Program-made: the position numbers and the translations under genes
Assembly: GCA_963741955.1 (NCBI GenBank)
Contig: CAVUKB010000010.1
Location: 320,001 to 384,000, forward strand
Direction of reading: 5' to 3'
Length of the DNA stretch: 64,000 nt
From: an uncultured Acidobacteriota bacterium
GTDB lineage: Bacteria; Acidobacteriota; Thermoanaerobaculia; Gp7-AA8
The notes under the pieces: model-generated
The model's input: the letters and a program-made list of their open reading frames with translations, nothing else
What the model was told of the DNA's origin: nothing
Databases searched by the model: none
In this document: piece by piece, positions 1 through 8,831 of the stretch
Layout: each line of letters begins with the position of its first letter
How positions within the stretch are numbered: the first letter of the stretch is position 1

Positions 1-1
1 G

Positions 2-1276
2 TCGGCGACGCCGCTCTTCGACGACCACGGAGAGATCCGTGGTTTCGTCGCCATCCAGCAGGATGTCACGGCGCAGAAGGAGGCGGAAGAAGAGCGGGCC
101 CGTCTCGACGCCCGTCTGACTCAGTTCGCGAAAATGGAGGCCCTCGGCACCCTGGCAGGAGGCATCGCCCACGACTTCAACAATATCCTCGCGGTCATTC
201 TCGCGCATGTCTCTCTGGTGGACCGGCTTTCGGGCGCGGAGCCCCGTACGGCTCGAGCAGTCGAAACGATCAGGCATGCAGTCCAGCGCGGTGCCTCGCT
301 TTCCCGGCAGATTCTCACGTTCGCTCGTCGGACGGAGATGGAGCGCCAACGCACCGATCTCGCGAGCATCATTCTCGAGCTCGGGCAAATGGTCTCGGAA
401 ACATTTCCACGCACGATCGAGCTGACGATCGATCTCGATCCTGACCTCCCCGCGGTCGACGGTGACGGGGGACAGATTCATCAGGCCCTGCTGAACCTCT
501 GCGTCAATGCCCGGGATGCGATGCCGGACGGGGGAAGTCTCCACGTCACTGCCCATCCGCTTCATCCGGGTGGCGGGCCGGTGACCCTCGAGGGAGCGCC
601 TCCCGGCGACTACGTCTGCGTCTCGGTCTCCGATACTGGATCGGGAATGGACGGAGAGACCCTTTCGCGGATCTTCGATCCGTTCTTCACCACCAAGGAA
701 AAGGGGAAGGGAACCGGGCTCGGTCTCGCCCTCGTCTATGGCATCGTCAATGCGCATCGAGGAATCGTCACGGTCGACTCGGAAGTGGGAGGAGGGACGG
801 TGTTTCGCCTCTACCTTCCGGCTGCCGCGGACCAAGTGGAGAGGGACGAAGAACCGACGCTCGCCGGACTCGAAGGGATGGGAGAGACACTACTGGTCGT
901 CGAAGACGAAGCGCAGCTGCTCGAGGCGATCACTCTGCATCTGCGTACGCGCGATTATCGCGTGATCACGGCATCGAACGGGCCCGACGCCGTCCGCCTG
1001 CTGCAGTCCGCCAGCCCGCCACCCGATGCGGTGATCATCGATCTGGGAATGCCGAAAATGGGTGCCGCAGAGCTGATCGAAAATCTGCGGAAAGCATCTC
1101 CCGGAATCGCGATCCTGGCGATGACCGGCTACGTCGAACCGGAGATCCATGCGAACGTGCTACGGTCGGGCGTGGAGTGCATCATTCAGAAGCCGTTTCA
1201 GGTGGAGCATCTCATCGCGAAACTGCGGAACGTTCTCGATCGCCAGAATGAAGAGGAAGATCGCGAGGCGAGCTGA
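2..1276 (+). CDS. Hybrid sensor histidine kinase/response regulator (PAS/PAC-HisKA-HATPase-REC), 5' truncated by the window edge
   Basis: Frame is open from position 2 (PAC-like [23 protein letters not shown]). H-box [14 protein letters not shown]-box [13 protein letters not shown]-boxes DTGSGM and [15 protein letters not shown], and a C-terminal receiver (LVVEDE...IIDLGMP...KPF). Confidence 0.95.
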   Translation, partial: SATPLFDDHGEIRGFVAIQQDVTAQKEAEEERARLDARLTQFAKMEALGTLAGGIAHDFNNILAVILAHVSLVDRLSGAEPRTARAVETIRHAVQRGASLSRQILTFARRTEMERQRTDLASIILELGQMVSETFPRTIELTIDLDPDLPAVDGDGGQIHQALLNLCVNARDAMPDGGSLHVTAHPLHPGGGPVTLEGAPPGDYVCVSVSDTGSGMDGETLSRIFDPFFTTKEKGKGTGLGLALVYGIVNAHRGIVTVDSEVGGGTVFRLYLPAAADQVERDEEPTLAGLEGMGETLLVVEDEAQLLEAITLHLRTRDYRVITASNGPDAVRLLQSASPPPDAVIIDLGMPKMGAAELIENLRKASPGIAILAMTGYVEPEIHANVLRSGVECIIQKPFQVEHLIAKLRNVLDRQNEEEDREAS

Positions 1277-1306
1277 CCTCGTTTCCCCCCCCGGATCTCT
1301 TCGATC

Positions 1307-2377
1307 TCAGACAGGCGGCGCGCAGGCGATGACCAGCATGGTCACGTCGTCGTCGTACGGCCGATTGCGGCCGAAACGCGCCAGGGTCTCGACGATCGAG
1401 GAGCAGATCTGCTCCGCCGAGCCGACCTCGCTCCGGCTCAGAAGCTCGCGAAGACGGCCTTCACCGAATTCATCACCCTCGCGGTTCTCGTACTCCGTCA
1501 CGCCGTCACTGTAGATCACCAGCCGGTCTCCGGGTGTGAGTTGGATGCGGACTGAGTGATATTCGGCGCCCGGAAGGATGCCTGTCACCGGTCCGGTCGG
1601 TTCGAGTCGCACCAGAGTGCCGTCGGCGCGGCGAAGGAGCGGCGGATTGTGTCCTCCGCTCGCGTAGAGCAGCTCACCGTTCTCCGTGTCGAGGAGTGCG
1701 TAGAAGATGGTGACGAAGGAACCGCGACGGAGGCGATGGCACTCGACCCGGTTCAGTGTGCCCAATACGTGTTCGGGCGCCAGCCGATCCGCCGTGAGCG
1801 CGTGAATGGTTGCCTGTACGTTCGACATGGTGAGCGCCGCGGCCATTCCTTTTCCCGAGACATCCGCCAGACAGATCGCGATCCGATGTGGTCCGGCCTC
1901 GATCACGTCGTAGTAGTCTCCGGCGACCGTCCACGCAGGGATCCACCGCGATGCGATGTCGACGTTCGGAAGAGACGGAACCGACGGGAGAAGATGACGC
2001 TGCACTTCCTGAATCAGATCTCGTTCGCGTTCGGTCTGCTTCCTCAGTGTGCTCACGACCACGTTCAGGAAGAGGAAGACCGCGAGCATCGAGATGTCGT
2101 TGAGGTAGGCGATCGGCGCCTTGGGTTCCGCCAGTGGACCGATCCGGTCGGCCACCGCCCAGGTGATCGCCGCGAGGAGCGCGAGAGCGTGCGCTCTCCG
2201 GGTACCCGCGATCCACGCGGTGGCGGTGACCGGAACGAGATAGAGCACGAGGAGCGAGACGATCGGTCCGGTGAAGTGATCGAAGAAACCGATCGCCACG
2301 ATCGCCAGGGCGGCTCCCGTCGTGAAGCGGTCCGGCGGGGTCGCTTCGACGCGACGCATCCAGGAGTTGAAGTTCAC
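1307..2377 (-). CDS. Membrane-bound PP2C/SpoIIE (RsbU-like) protein phosphatase
   Basis: N-terminal four-helix hydrophobic domain; PP2C motifs AGDYYD, ADVSGKG, SGGHNPP, YSDGVTE, DDVTM. Confidence 0.92.
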   Translation of the reverse strand: MNFNSWMRRVEATPPDRFTTGAALAIVAIGFFDHFTGPIVSLLVLYLVPVTATAWIAGTRRAHALALLAAITWAVADRIGPLAEPKAPIAYLNDISMLAVFLFLNVVVSTLRKQTERERDLIQEVQRHLLPSVPSLPNVDIASRWIPAWTVAGDYYDVIEAGPHRIAICLADVSGKGMAAALTMSNVQATIHALTADRLAPEHVLGTLNRVECHRLRRGSFVTIFYALLDTENGELLYASGGHNPPLLRRADGTLVRLEPTGPVTGILPGAEYHSVRIQLTPGDRLVIYSDGVTEYENREGDEFGEGRLRELLSRSEVGSAEQICSSIVETLARFGRNRPYDDDVTMLVIACAPPV

Positions 2378-2389
2378 TCTTCTTCCCCG

Positions 2390-3226
2390 TCAGCGGGTTC
2401 CTTTCGCCCAGTGAACGAAGGATCCGTTCGAGTAGACCAGATCGTTGTCGTATCCGGCGACCTCTCCCGATTCATCGTTCAGATATTCGAGCAGCTGCTG
2501 GTGCTCGAAGGTACCGTCTTTCCCGGCGCTCGCAATGACGTAGCCGTCGCACACTCCATTCTCACAGACGGCCGCGTACCGGATCGGATTCCCCCACCCG
2601 TCGACTCGCGGAAGAGTCCGGACGTAGGTCGGTTCGAGAAGAGTCGCGAGCGCCGATTCCGATGCGACGTCGGGATACGCCCGCTTGTCGACGGCATACG
2701 CTTCGACCGCCGTCGCCACCGTCCTCATATCCGCGGCGGTGCGCTTCTGCTTCGAGCGCTGAATCGCGGTGAGAAAATTCGGAATCGCGATCGCGGCGAG
2801 GACTCCGGGTATGTAAAGGAGGATCATGATCAGCGCGGCGATCCCGGTGAACTTCCAGAACGACTTCTGCTGGCGGAGCGCATCTTCCACCGATGCCACA
2901 CGAGGTCCGGTGGTGATCGCACGTCCGATCGCGCTGGCATACCGCGAGAGATAAAGCGCGGGGAAGAAGTAGAGGAGCGCGAGAAGCGAGTAGAGCACGC
3001 CGAGGCCGGCGACGACGATGCCACCCCCTGCAGACTTCGTCGCCGAGCCTCCGATCAGGCCGAAGCCGACCATGAAGATGCCGATGATGAGAATGAGCCC
3101 CGCAGCGATGAAGCCGAGAACCGAAAGGAGACGAACCCACGGTTTCGTCCTGCGCAACGAGTCGAGCATCGGGCCGGTGAGGAGATCACGGGGTGGCGGA
3201 ACCGAGGCGGTGAAAGGAGCATCCAT
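2390..3226 (-). CDS. DUF5362-like membrane domain fused to a GspG/pseudopilin-like C-terminal domain
   Basis: N-half TKPWVRLLSVLGFI...LYFFPALYL...QKSFWKFTGI resembles DUF5362. C-half LAAIAIPNFL...KRTAADMR...VEAYAVD...DGWGNPIRY...SAGKDG resembles the T2SS G domain. Confidence 0.75.
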   Translation of the reverse strand: MDAPFTASVPPPRDLLTGPMLDSLRRTKPWVRLLSVLGFIAAGLILIIGIFMVGFGLIGGSATKSAGGGIVVAGLGVLYSLLALLYFFPALYLSRYASAIGRAITTGPRVASVEDALRQQKSFWKFTGIAALIMILLYIPGVLAAIAIPNFLTAIQRSKQKRTAADMRTVATAVEAYAVDKRAYPDVASESALATLLEPTYVRTLPRVDGWGNPIRYAAVCENGVCDGYVIASAGKDGTFEHQQLLEYLNDESGEVAGYDNDLVYSNGSFVHWAKGTR

Positions 3227-3332
3227 CGGGTGGGCCTCCGAGTCTGGATTCTTGATGCCCCGGAATTATAGACCAGTCCGCACCGATGCCGATGCGACGC
3301 GCCCCCGCCGAAGCGCGCCGCATCTCTCCCCA

Positions 3333-4091
3333 TCAATCGTCTCGATCACGTCGATCACCGTCGTCCCGATCGTGGTCGCTCTGGCCGCCGCGGCCGTCGC
3401 GCCACCCATCGCCCGACCGTTGGAGCGAATCGGCGACGAAGTTACGACCGGAGTACCATCCGCTGAAGGCGGCGTAGCTTCCGCGATGGAGTCCGCGGGC
3501 CCACCGGTTTCCGTCGCTGCGGCCGAGCGCCCTGGTGTCGATGGTGATGTCGCCGACGCGGTCGCTGTGCAGCACCACGAGATCGCGGTTCCGCTGGATG
3601 GAGACGATCGTTCCTTCGACGTACGCCGTGACGCGGCTGCCGTGCTGGTCGTACCCGCGGCCATACGTGTCGTTAGGGCCGTACGGATCGTACTGGCCGT
3701 AGGCGCGATCGCGCACGCTCTCGAGAACGGTCACTGAGCGGGCGTGGAGTCGCGAGGAGCGGGACCCGGAGAGGTCGACGCCGACCCGGTCACCCCTCTC
3801 GAGGTCGCGGATCCGGTAACGGCGGCCGCGATACCACGCCACGATCCCTCCTTTGGCGTCGATCCGGAGAACGCCACGGTTCGTCCGAAGGGTGAATTCA
3901 TCTCCGTTCGGATTGACCCAGTCGACCACGCCTTCGACATCCCACCGGCTTTGCGTCGATGACCCTCCGCCGTCCCCCGGTCCGTTCGTCCTCCAGTCGA
4001 GACGCTGTTCCGCGAATACGGACAGTGCCGAGAGGGCGAAGACCGCGATGGCGATTGTCGTAACTCTTTGAATTCTTGTGCCTTGTACCAT
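3333..4091 (-). CDS. Secreted hypothetical protein with two small beta-barrel (DUF5666-like) repeats
   Basis: GGAGG lies upstream of the ATG at 4091; signal peptide ends ...SVFA; two repeats VEGVV...DLERGDRVGV and VEGTI...GLHRGSYAAF. Confidence 0.6.
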   Translation of the reverse strand: MVQGTRIQRVTTIAIAVFALSALSVFAEQRLDWRTNGPGDGGGSSTQSRWDVEGVVDWVNPNGDEFTLRTNRGVLRIDAKGGIVAWYRGRRYRIRDLERGDRVGVDLSGSRSSRLHARSVTVLESVRDRAYGQYDPYGPNDTYGRGYDQHGSRVTAYVEGTIVSIQRNRDLVVLHSDRVGDITIDTRALGRSDGNRWARGLHRGSYAAFSGWYSGRNFVADSLQRSGDGWRDGRGGQSDHDRDDGDRRDRDD

Positions 4092-4341
4092 CGGTTCCTC
4101 CCGTTCGATCGAGCTTCCGTCAACCGAAGTGCGCAATCGTCGCGCCATGCGGGCGCCGGGACGACCTGATTCGAGTTCCCCTTCAGGAGGGTCATGTCTT
4201 CGGTTCGCTCACGACCGAGAGGCTCCGCGATCCGCAGGCTCGGATTTCCAATTTCGAAGAGCGAAAGAGACGCAAGTGAATTCTCGTTCTGGTGTATGGT
4301 CCTCGGAGGGAGTTCCTCCTGTTTTGTCGCGGAGCTCGGGC

Positions 4342-5727
4342 ATGGCGAAAACCGATCAGAAAGCGATCACCTCCGGCGACACCGTCGGTGGAATTCCCAA
4401 CGCCCTGAGGTCTCAGGTGGCGGTCCTCGACGCGGACGGATGGATCGTCTGGACCAATGAGTCGTGGCGGCGTTTCGCGCAGGAAAACTCGACCACCGAC
4501 GGCGCCGCCTATCTCGGATGGAACTACCAGTCCGTCTGTGAGGCGGCTGCTCGATCCGGCGCGTCCCCCGCCGCGGCGGTCCTTCAGGGAATCATGTCCG
4601 TGCGTGCGGGAACGAGCGACGAGTTTTCGCTGGAATACGAATGCCACTCGCCGTCGGCGGAGCGCTGGTTTCTGCTTCGCGTGACGCGTCTCGCGGCCGA
4701 TTCCCCCGGGGCGCTGGTGGTCACGCACGACGACATTACCGAGCGGAGACGGGCGGAGCTCGAATTGAGGGAAGCCGAGCAGAGGCTCCGGAAAGTTCTC
4801 GAGACGCTCCCGGTCGGGGTCTGGATCATGAACCGTGAAGGGATGATCGTTCACGGCAATCCGGCGGGACAGAAGATCTGGGCGGGGGCCCGTTACGTCG
4901 GCCCGGGTGATTTCGGAGAATACAAAGGATGGTGGGTCAGCAGCGGGAAGCCGATCGCCGCGGACGAGTGGGCGGCGGCGCGCGCGATCCGGAACGGTGA
5001 GATCTCCATCGACGAGGAGGTCGAGATCGAGTGCTTCGACGGAAGCCGGAAGATCATTCTCAACTCCGCGATGCCGCTGCTCGACGCGAACGGAAGGACC
5101 TCCGGCGCGATCATCGTCAACCAGGACATCACCCAACGGAAACGTTACGAGAGCGCGCTGCAGCTGGCGAACGAGAAGTTCGAGAGGGCGAATCTCGAAC
5201 TGAAGGAAGCGCTCGCGCGCGAGCATACTCTCGCGGGCCTCGACAGCCTCACCGAAGTGCACAACCGGCGTTACTTCTTCGAGCTCGCCGAGCACGAGCT
5301 CAACGTCGCCACGCGCTACGGTCACGCGATCTCGATCGTTCTGTTCGATATCGATCACTTCAAGGCGGTCAACGATCAATTGGGACACGAGGCGGGAGAC
5401 TACGTGCTGAAAGAGGTCGCCGGGATCATGAAGACGCAGCTTCGCGAGTCGGACGTCCTCGCGCGGTACGGGGGGGAAGAGTTCATCCTCCTGATGCCGA
5501 ACACCCGCGCTGTCGACGCGATGGTGGTCGCGGACCGGATCCGCGAGCGGATCGCTTCCGTGACCATGTTCCTGCGCACCGGAGTCAGCGTGGTGACCGT
5601 CAGTGGAGGCGTGGCCGATACCGAATCGGCGACCGGAGGGCTCGACGCCATCGTACGGGAAGCCGACCGCGCGCTCTATCGCGCGAAGGCAGCGGGGCGT
5701 AACCGCGTGATGATGAACCGGCGTTGA
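4342..5727 (+). CDS. PAS-PAS-GGDEF diguanylate cyclase
   Basis: Two PAS/PAC units (THDDITERR, NQDITQRK), then DSLTEVHNRR, DIDHFKAVND, an RESD I-site, RYGGEEF and ADRALYRAKAAGRNRV. Start placed at MAKTDQ by inference. Confidence 0.93.
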   Translation: MAKTDQKAITSGDTVGGIPNALRSQVAVLDADGWIVWTNESWRRFAQENSTTDGAAYLGWNYQSVCEAAARSGASPAAAVLQGIMSVRAGTSDEFSLEYECHSPSAERWFLLRVTRLAADSPGALVVTHDDITERRRAELELREAEQRLRKVLETLPVGVWIMNREGMIVHGNPAGQKIWAGARYVGPGDFGEYKGWWVSSGKPIAADEWAAARAIRNGEISIDEEVEIECFDGSRKIILNSAMPLLDANGRTSGAIIVNQDITQRKRYESALQLANEKFERANLELKEALAREHTLAGLDSLTEVHNRRYFFELAEHELNVATRYGHAISIVLFDIDHFKAVNDQLGHEAGDYVLKEVAGIMKTQLRESDVLARYGGEEFILLMPNTRAVDAMVVADRIRERIASVTMFLRTGVSVVTVSGGVADTESATGGLDAIVREADRALYRAKAAGRNRVMMNRR

Positions 5728-5730
5728 AGT

Positions 5731-6426
5731 TCATCCGGACTCCTCCACCCTTCGACCCAGCTCCTCGAGCTTCGCGTGGTCCTTCACGATCACTTTTTCC
5801 CGTCCCGATTTCACGATCCCCTCGGCATCCCACGACTTGAGAAGCCGGCTCACCGTGAAGAGGGTCGTGCCGATCATCTCCGCCAGATCCTGGCGCGAGA
5901 GAGTCAGCGCCGGCGAGGCCGATTCGATCCGCTGTTCTTCCAGTTTCACCAGGACCCGCGCCAGCCGCTGCGGCACGGGGATCGTCGCCAGCTCGTGAAA
6001 GCGCTCCTGCAACTCCTGCATCCGCTCGGAGACGATCTTCATCGCATCGACCGCGATCTGCGGATGACGCTCGAGGTAGGGCTGGAGGACCTCTCGCGAC
6101 CAGCCGATGAGCACTGCACCGGTCGTCGCAACCGCGCTGACTGGATAACGGAAGCTGCGCAGCGCAGCGACCACTCCGAACAGCAGACCCGGAGTCATGA
6201 ACGCGACGATCATCTGCTCTCCATCGCGGGTGAGCTTCGAGAGTCGGATCTGTCCTTCCGCGACGATCCACGCCCAGTGGCCTTCATCGCCCTGGTGGAA
6301 AAGGATCTCCCCCGGAACGAGCGTGCGGAGGGTGGTCTGCCGGACGAGCTCGTCGATCTCGCCGGGAGCAAGATGCTCGAAAACAGGGCAGGCTTCCACG
6401 TGTCCTCTGATCGTCGCCGGATCCAC
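5731..6426 (-). CDS. Crp/Fnr family transcriptional regulator, NnrR-like
   Basis: C-terminal part of ORF 5731..8118; GTG at 6426 follows GGGAGA. cNMP-binding fold (GEILFHQGD...GLLFGVVA...YPVSAVA) and HTH LSRQDLAEMIGTTLFTVSRLL. No FNR Cys cluster. Confidence 0.88.
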   Translation of the reverse strand: MDPATIRGHVEACPVFEHLAPGEIDELVRQTTLRTLVPGEILFHQGDEGHWAWIVAEGQIRLSKLTRDGEQMIVAFMTPGLLFGVVAALRSFRYPVSAVATTGAVLIGWSREVLQPYLERHPQIAVDAMKIVSERMQELQERFHELATIPVPQRLARVLVKLEEQRIESASPALTLSRQDLAEMIGTTLFTVSRLLKSWDAEGIVKSGREKVIVKDHAKLEELGRRVEESG

Positions 6427-6468
6427 ATGGACATTCTCCCGTCTCCGCGGTCGCGGAACAACCGTTGA

Positions 6469-6482
6469 TTGACCCGGCGCAA
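6469..6482. promoter_or_regulatory. FNR/NnrR-type binding box TTGAC-N4-CGCAA
   Basis: TTGACCCGGCGCAA(AG) lies in the divergent intergenic region between the Crp/Fnr gene and narK. It fits TTG-N8-CAA, with an NnrR-like CGCAAAG right half. Confidence 0.65.
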
Positions 6483-6699
6483 AGAAGACATTTTCCGGTG
6501 GCTCGATACTGATTGCGACTCCTGTGTCGAGGACTGAAGCGCTCCACTGCCACGAATCGCGACTCGAGTCGTGGCAGCCCGCAAATTCGAGCCATAAGAT
6601 GATCACCGGAATTTCGAATTCTTCATTCCTCTCCAGCCGCCGCATCGGCGGTGAAAGGGGTGACAGTCCCGGTCGAATCTTCTTCTCCGGAGGCGTCAG

Positions 6700-7995
6700 A
6701 TGAGCAGAATCAAGGGGACACCGCGGCAAGGCCTCTTCGCGGCGACCCTCGGCTTTTTCGTCGGCTTTGCAGCCGTCGCGCTGTTCGGTCCCACCGCGAA
6801 ACTCTTCTCCGATCCGCTGCACCTCTCGTCGCTGGCTGCAGGATTTCTGATCGCCATGCCGGCACTCTCGGGCTCTCTTCTCCGGATCCCGTTCTCCGCG
6901 TGGGTCGACACGACCGGAGGCCGCAAGCCATTTCTCGTGCTCCTCACTCTCTCTCTGGTCGGAATGGCGGGCGTTCTCGCGGTGGTCCTCCTCTTCTATC
7001 CGTCGAGGATGACCGGCGCCGTCTACCCGCTGCTCCTCCTTCTCGGCGTCCTCTGCGGATGCGGGATCGCGACTTTCTCCGTCGGGATCAGTCAGGTCGC
7101 GTACTGGTATCCGCAGAAATCGCAGGGACGAGCGCTGGCGATCTTCGCCGGGATCGGAAACGTCGCGCCGGGCATCTTTTCTTTTCTCATTCCGGTGGCG
7201 CTGGTGAGTCTCGGACTGAGTGGTGCCTATCTCGCGTGGCTGATCTTCCTCGCCGCAGGCACCATCGTCTACTTCGCGTTCGGCCGGAATGCCTGGTTCT
7301 TCCAGCTCCGCACGGAGGGAGCGTCGGTCGACGAGGCGAGGAATGAAGCGAAGTCGATGGGACAGGAGCTCTTCCCCGCCGGAAGTCTTCGTGAAAGTCT
7401 CGCTGCATCCGCGAAAGTCTGGAAGACGTGGGCGCTGGTGTCGATCTACTTCACAACCTTCGGCGGGTTCATCGCGCTCACCGCATGGCTGCCGACGTAC
7501 TGGACGCAATATTTCGGGCTGTCGCTCGTCACGGCGGGCCTTCTCACCGGGATCTATTCGGTCCTCACCTCGCTGATCCGGATCGTGGGCGGACTGGTCG
7601 CCGACAAGCTTCGTGAAGGGGGTGAGAACACCGCTGTCCTCGCTCTCCTGGTGATGCTGGTGGGAGCGCTGGTGATGACCATGGCTCGTGAATACGAGCT
7701 CGCCATTCCGGGGATCATTCTTCTCGCCTCCGGAATGGGGATCTGCAACGCGGCGGTGTTCAAGATCGTTCCGCAGGCGGTGCCGCACGCCGTAGGCGGC
7801 GCTGCGGGGTGGGTGGGTGGACTCGGCGCGTTCGGCGGATTCGTCATTCCGCCGATGCTCGGCTTCGCGGTCAGGGATCTCGGTAACCGCGGCTACGCGA
7901 TCGGCTTCATCATCTTCATCTTCCTTGCTCTCTTTTCGCTCGCGATGGCCTGGATGCTCAAGTACATCCCGAATCCCGATGAGGTTCCGACGTGA
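6700..7995 (+). CDS. narK: Nitrate/nitrite transporter (MFS, NarK family)
   Basis: 12-TM MFS pattern with GSLLRIP, FSVGISQVAYWYP..QGRAL..FAGIGN, TTFGGF and GWVGGLGAFGGF; first gene of the nar operon. Confidence 0.92.
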   Translation: MSRIKGTPRQGLFAATLGFFVGFAAVALFGPTAKLFSDPLHLSSLAAGFLIAMPALSGSLLRIPFSAWVDTTGGRKPFLVLLTLSLVGMAGVLAVVLLFYPSRMTGAVYPLLLLLGVLCGCGIATFSVGISQVAYWYPQKSQGRALAIFAGIGNVAPGIFSFLIPVALVSLGLSGAYLAWLIFLAAGTIVYFAFGRNAWFFQLRTEGASVDEARNEAKSMGQELFPAGSLRESLAASAKVWKTWALVSIYFTTFGGFIALTAWLPTYWTQYFGLSLVTAGLLTGIYSVLTSLIRIVGGLVADKLREGGENTAVLALLVMLVGALVMTMAREYELAIPGIILLASGMGICNAAVFKIVPQAVPHAVGGAAGWVGGLGAFGGFVIPPMLGFAVRDLGNRGYAIGFIIFIFLALFSLAMAWMLKYIPNPDEVPT

Positions 7996-8825
7996 GAGCG
8001 CTCGTGCGGGGATCGCTCGTCGTGCTCGCGGCTCTGGCGGTCGGAGCTGCGGCGTGGGGGGAGAGCCCGCCCGGACCGGCGAGTTCCGCGAGTGCGTCAC
8101 CCGCCGCCGCGAACGCACCGGCCGATCCCGCAGCCGACTACTTTCTGGACACCTGCGCCGGGTGCCACACCATCGGGGGTGGAGTACTCACAGGGCCGGA
8201 CCTCCAGAAAGCCACTGCATGGTCAGCGGACGACCTCCATGCCGCAGTCAAGCGGATGGAGAAAAACGTCGGTCCGATGAGCGACGAGCGGGTCAGCGCT
8301 CTGGTGTCCCTCCTGAAGAGCGGCGAGGTTCAGAAGCGGCTCGAGGCGGCGAAGGAGCGACGCAGGGTCGAGCTCACCGCGACACTGGTGCCGGGCTCCC
8401 CCGCGACCGGCCGCGATCTCTTCTTCGGAGCGAAGACCTTCGCCTCCGGCGGAATTCCGTGTGCAGCCTGCCACGCCGTCGGCGGCGAAGGAGGAAACAT
8501 GGCGGTCGACCTCACTGCCGTCTATCCGCGACTCGGCGAACAGTCGCTGATGTCGACCATCGAACGTCCGGCCTTTCCTCTGATGAAGACCGCCTACGGC
8601 GCTCACGTCGTGAGCTCTCAGGAGGCGATGGATCTCTCGGCCTTTTTCAAGTCCGTGGGGAAAGGGCTGCCGCGTGACGCGAGCGTTCCGCCCCGGAATC
8701 TCGCAGCGCTGCACGGAACCGCGGCCGGGCTGGTGATCGTCGCACTCGGCGGTGTGGCGTGGATCTTCCGCTCGCGTCGCGGCGGATTGAGAAGACGGAT
8801 GCTGCGCGACTCGTACAAGAGGTGA
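7992..8825 (+). CDS. narC: Membrane-anchored dihaem c-type cytochrome (NarC-like)
   Basis: Signal peptide; CAGCH (followed by GGGVLTGPDL) and CAACH; C-terminal TM helix with a basic tail; directly upstream of narG. Confidence 0.8.
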   Translation: MRALVRGSLVVLAALAVGAAAWGESPPGPASSASASPAAANAPADPAADYFLDTCAGCHTIGGGVLTGPDLQKATAWSADDLHAAVKRMEKNVGPMSDERVSALVSLLKSGEVQKRLEAAKERRRVELTATLVPGSPATGRDLFFGAKTFASGGIPCAACHAVGGEGGNMAVDLTAVYPRLGEQSLMSTIERPAFPLMKTAYGAHVVSSQEAMDLSAFFKSVGKGLPRDASVPPRNLAALHGTAAGLVIVALGGVAWIFRSRRGGLRRRMLRDSYKR

Positions 8826-8831
8826 ATCGAC

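Noticed and set aside
1556-3271. 571-aa plus-strand ORF and similar long overlapping ORFs (e.g. 51702..53093, 58209..59657)
   Set aside because: Antisense or alternate-frame shadows of well-supported genes; Arg/Pro/Gly-rich and motif-free.
6517-6530. 14-bp GACTCCTGTGTCGA also present at 26941-26954
   Set aside because: A 14-bp match can occur by chance in 64 kb of GC-biased DNA; it is not palindromic and there is no functional link.
6427-8118. Long N-terminal extension of the Crp/Fnr ORF (795 aa)
   Set aside because: It overlaps narK in antisense; the real domain starts near the GTG at 6426.
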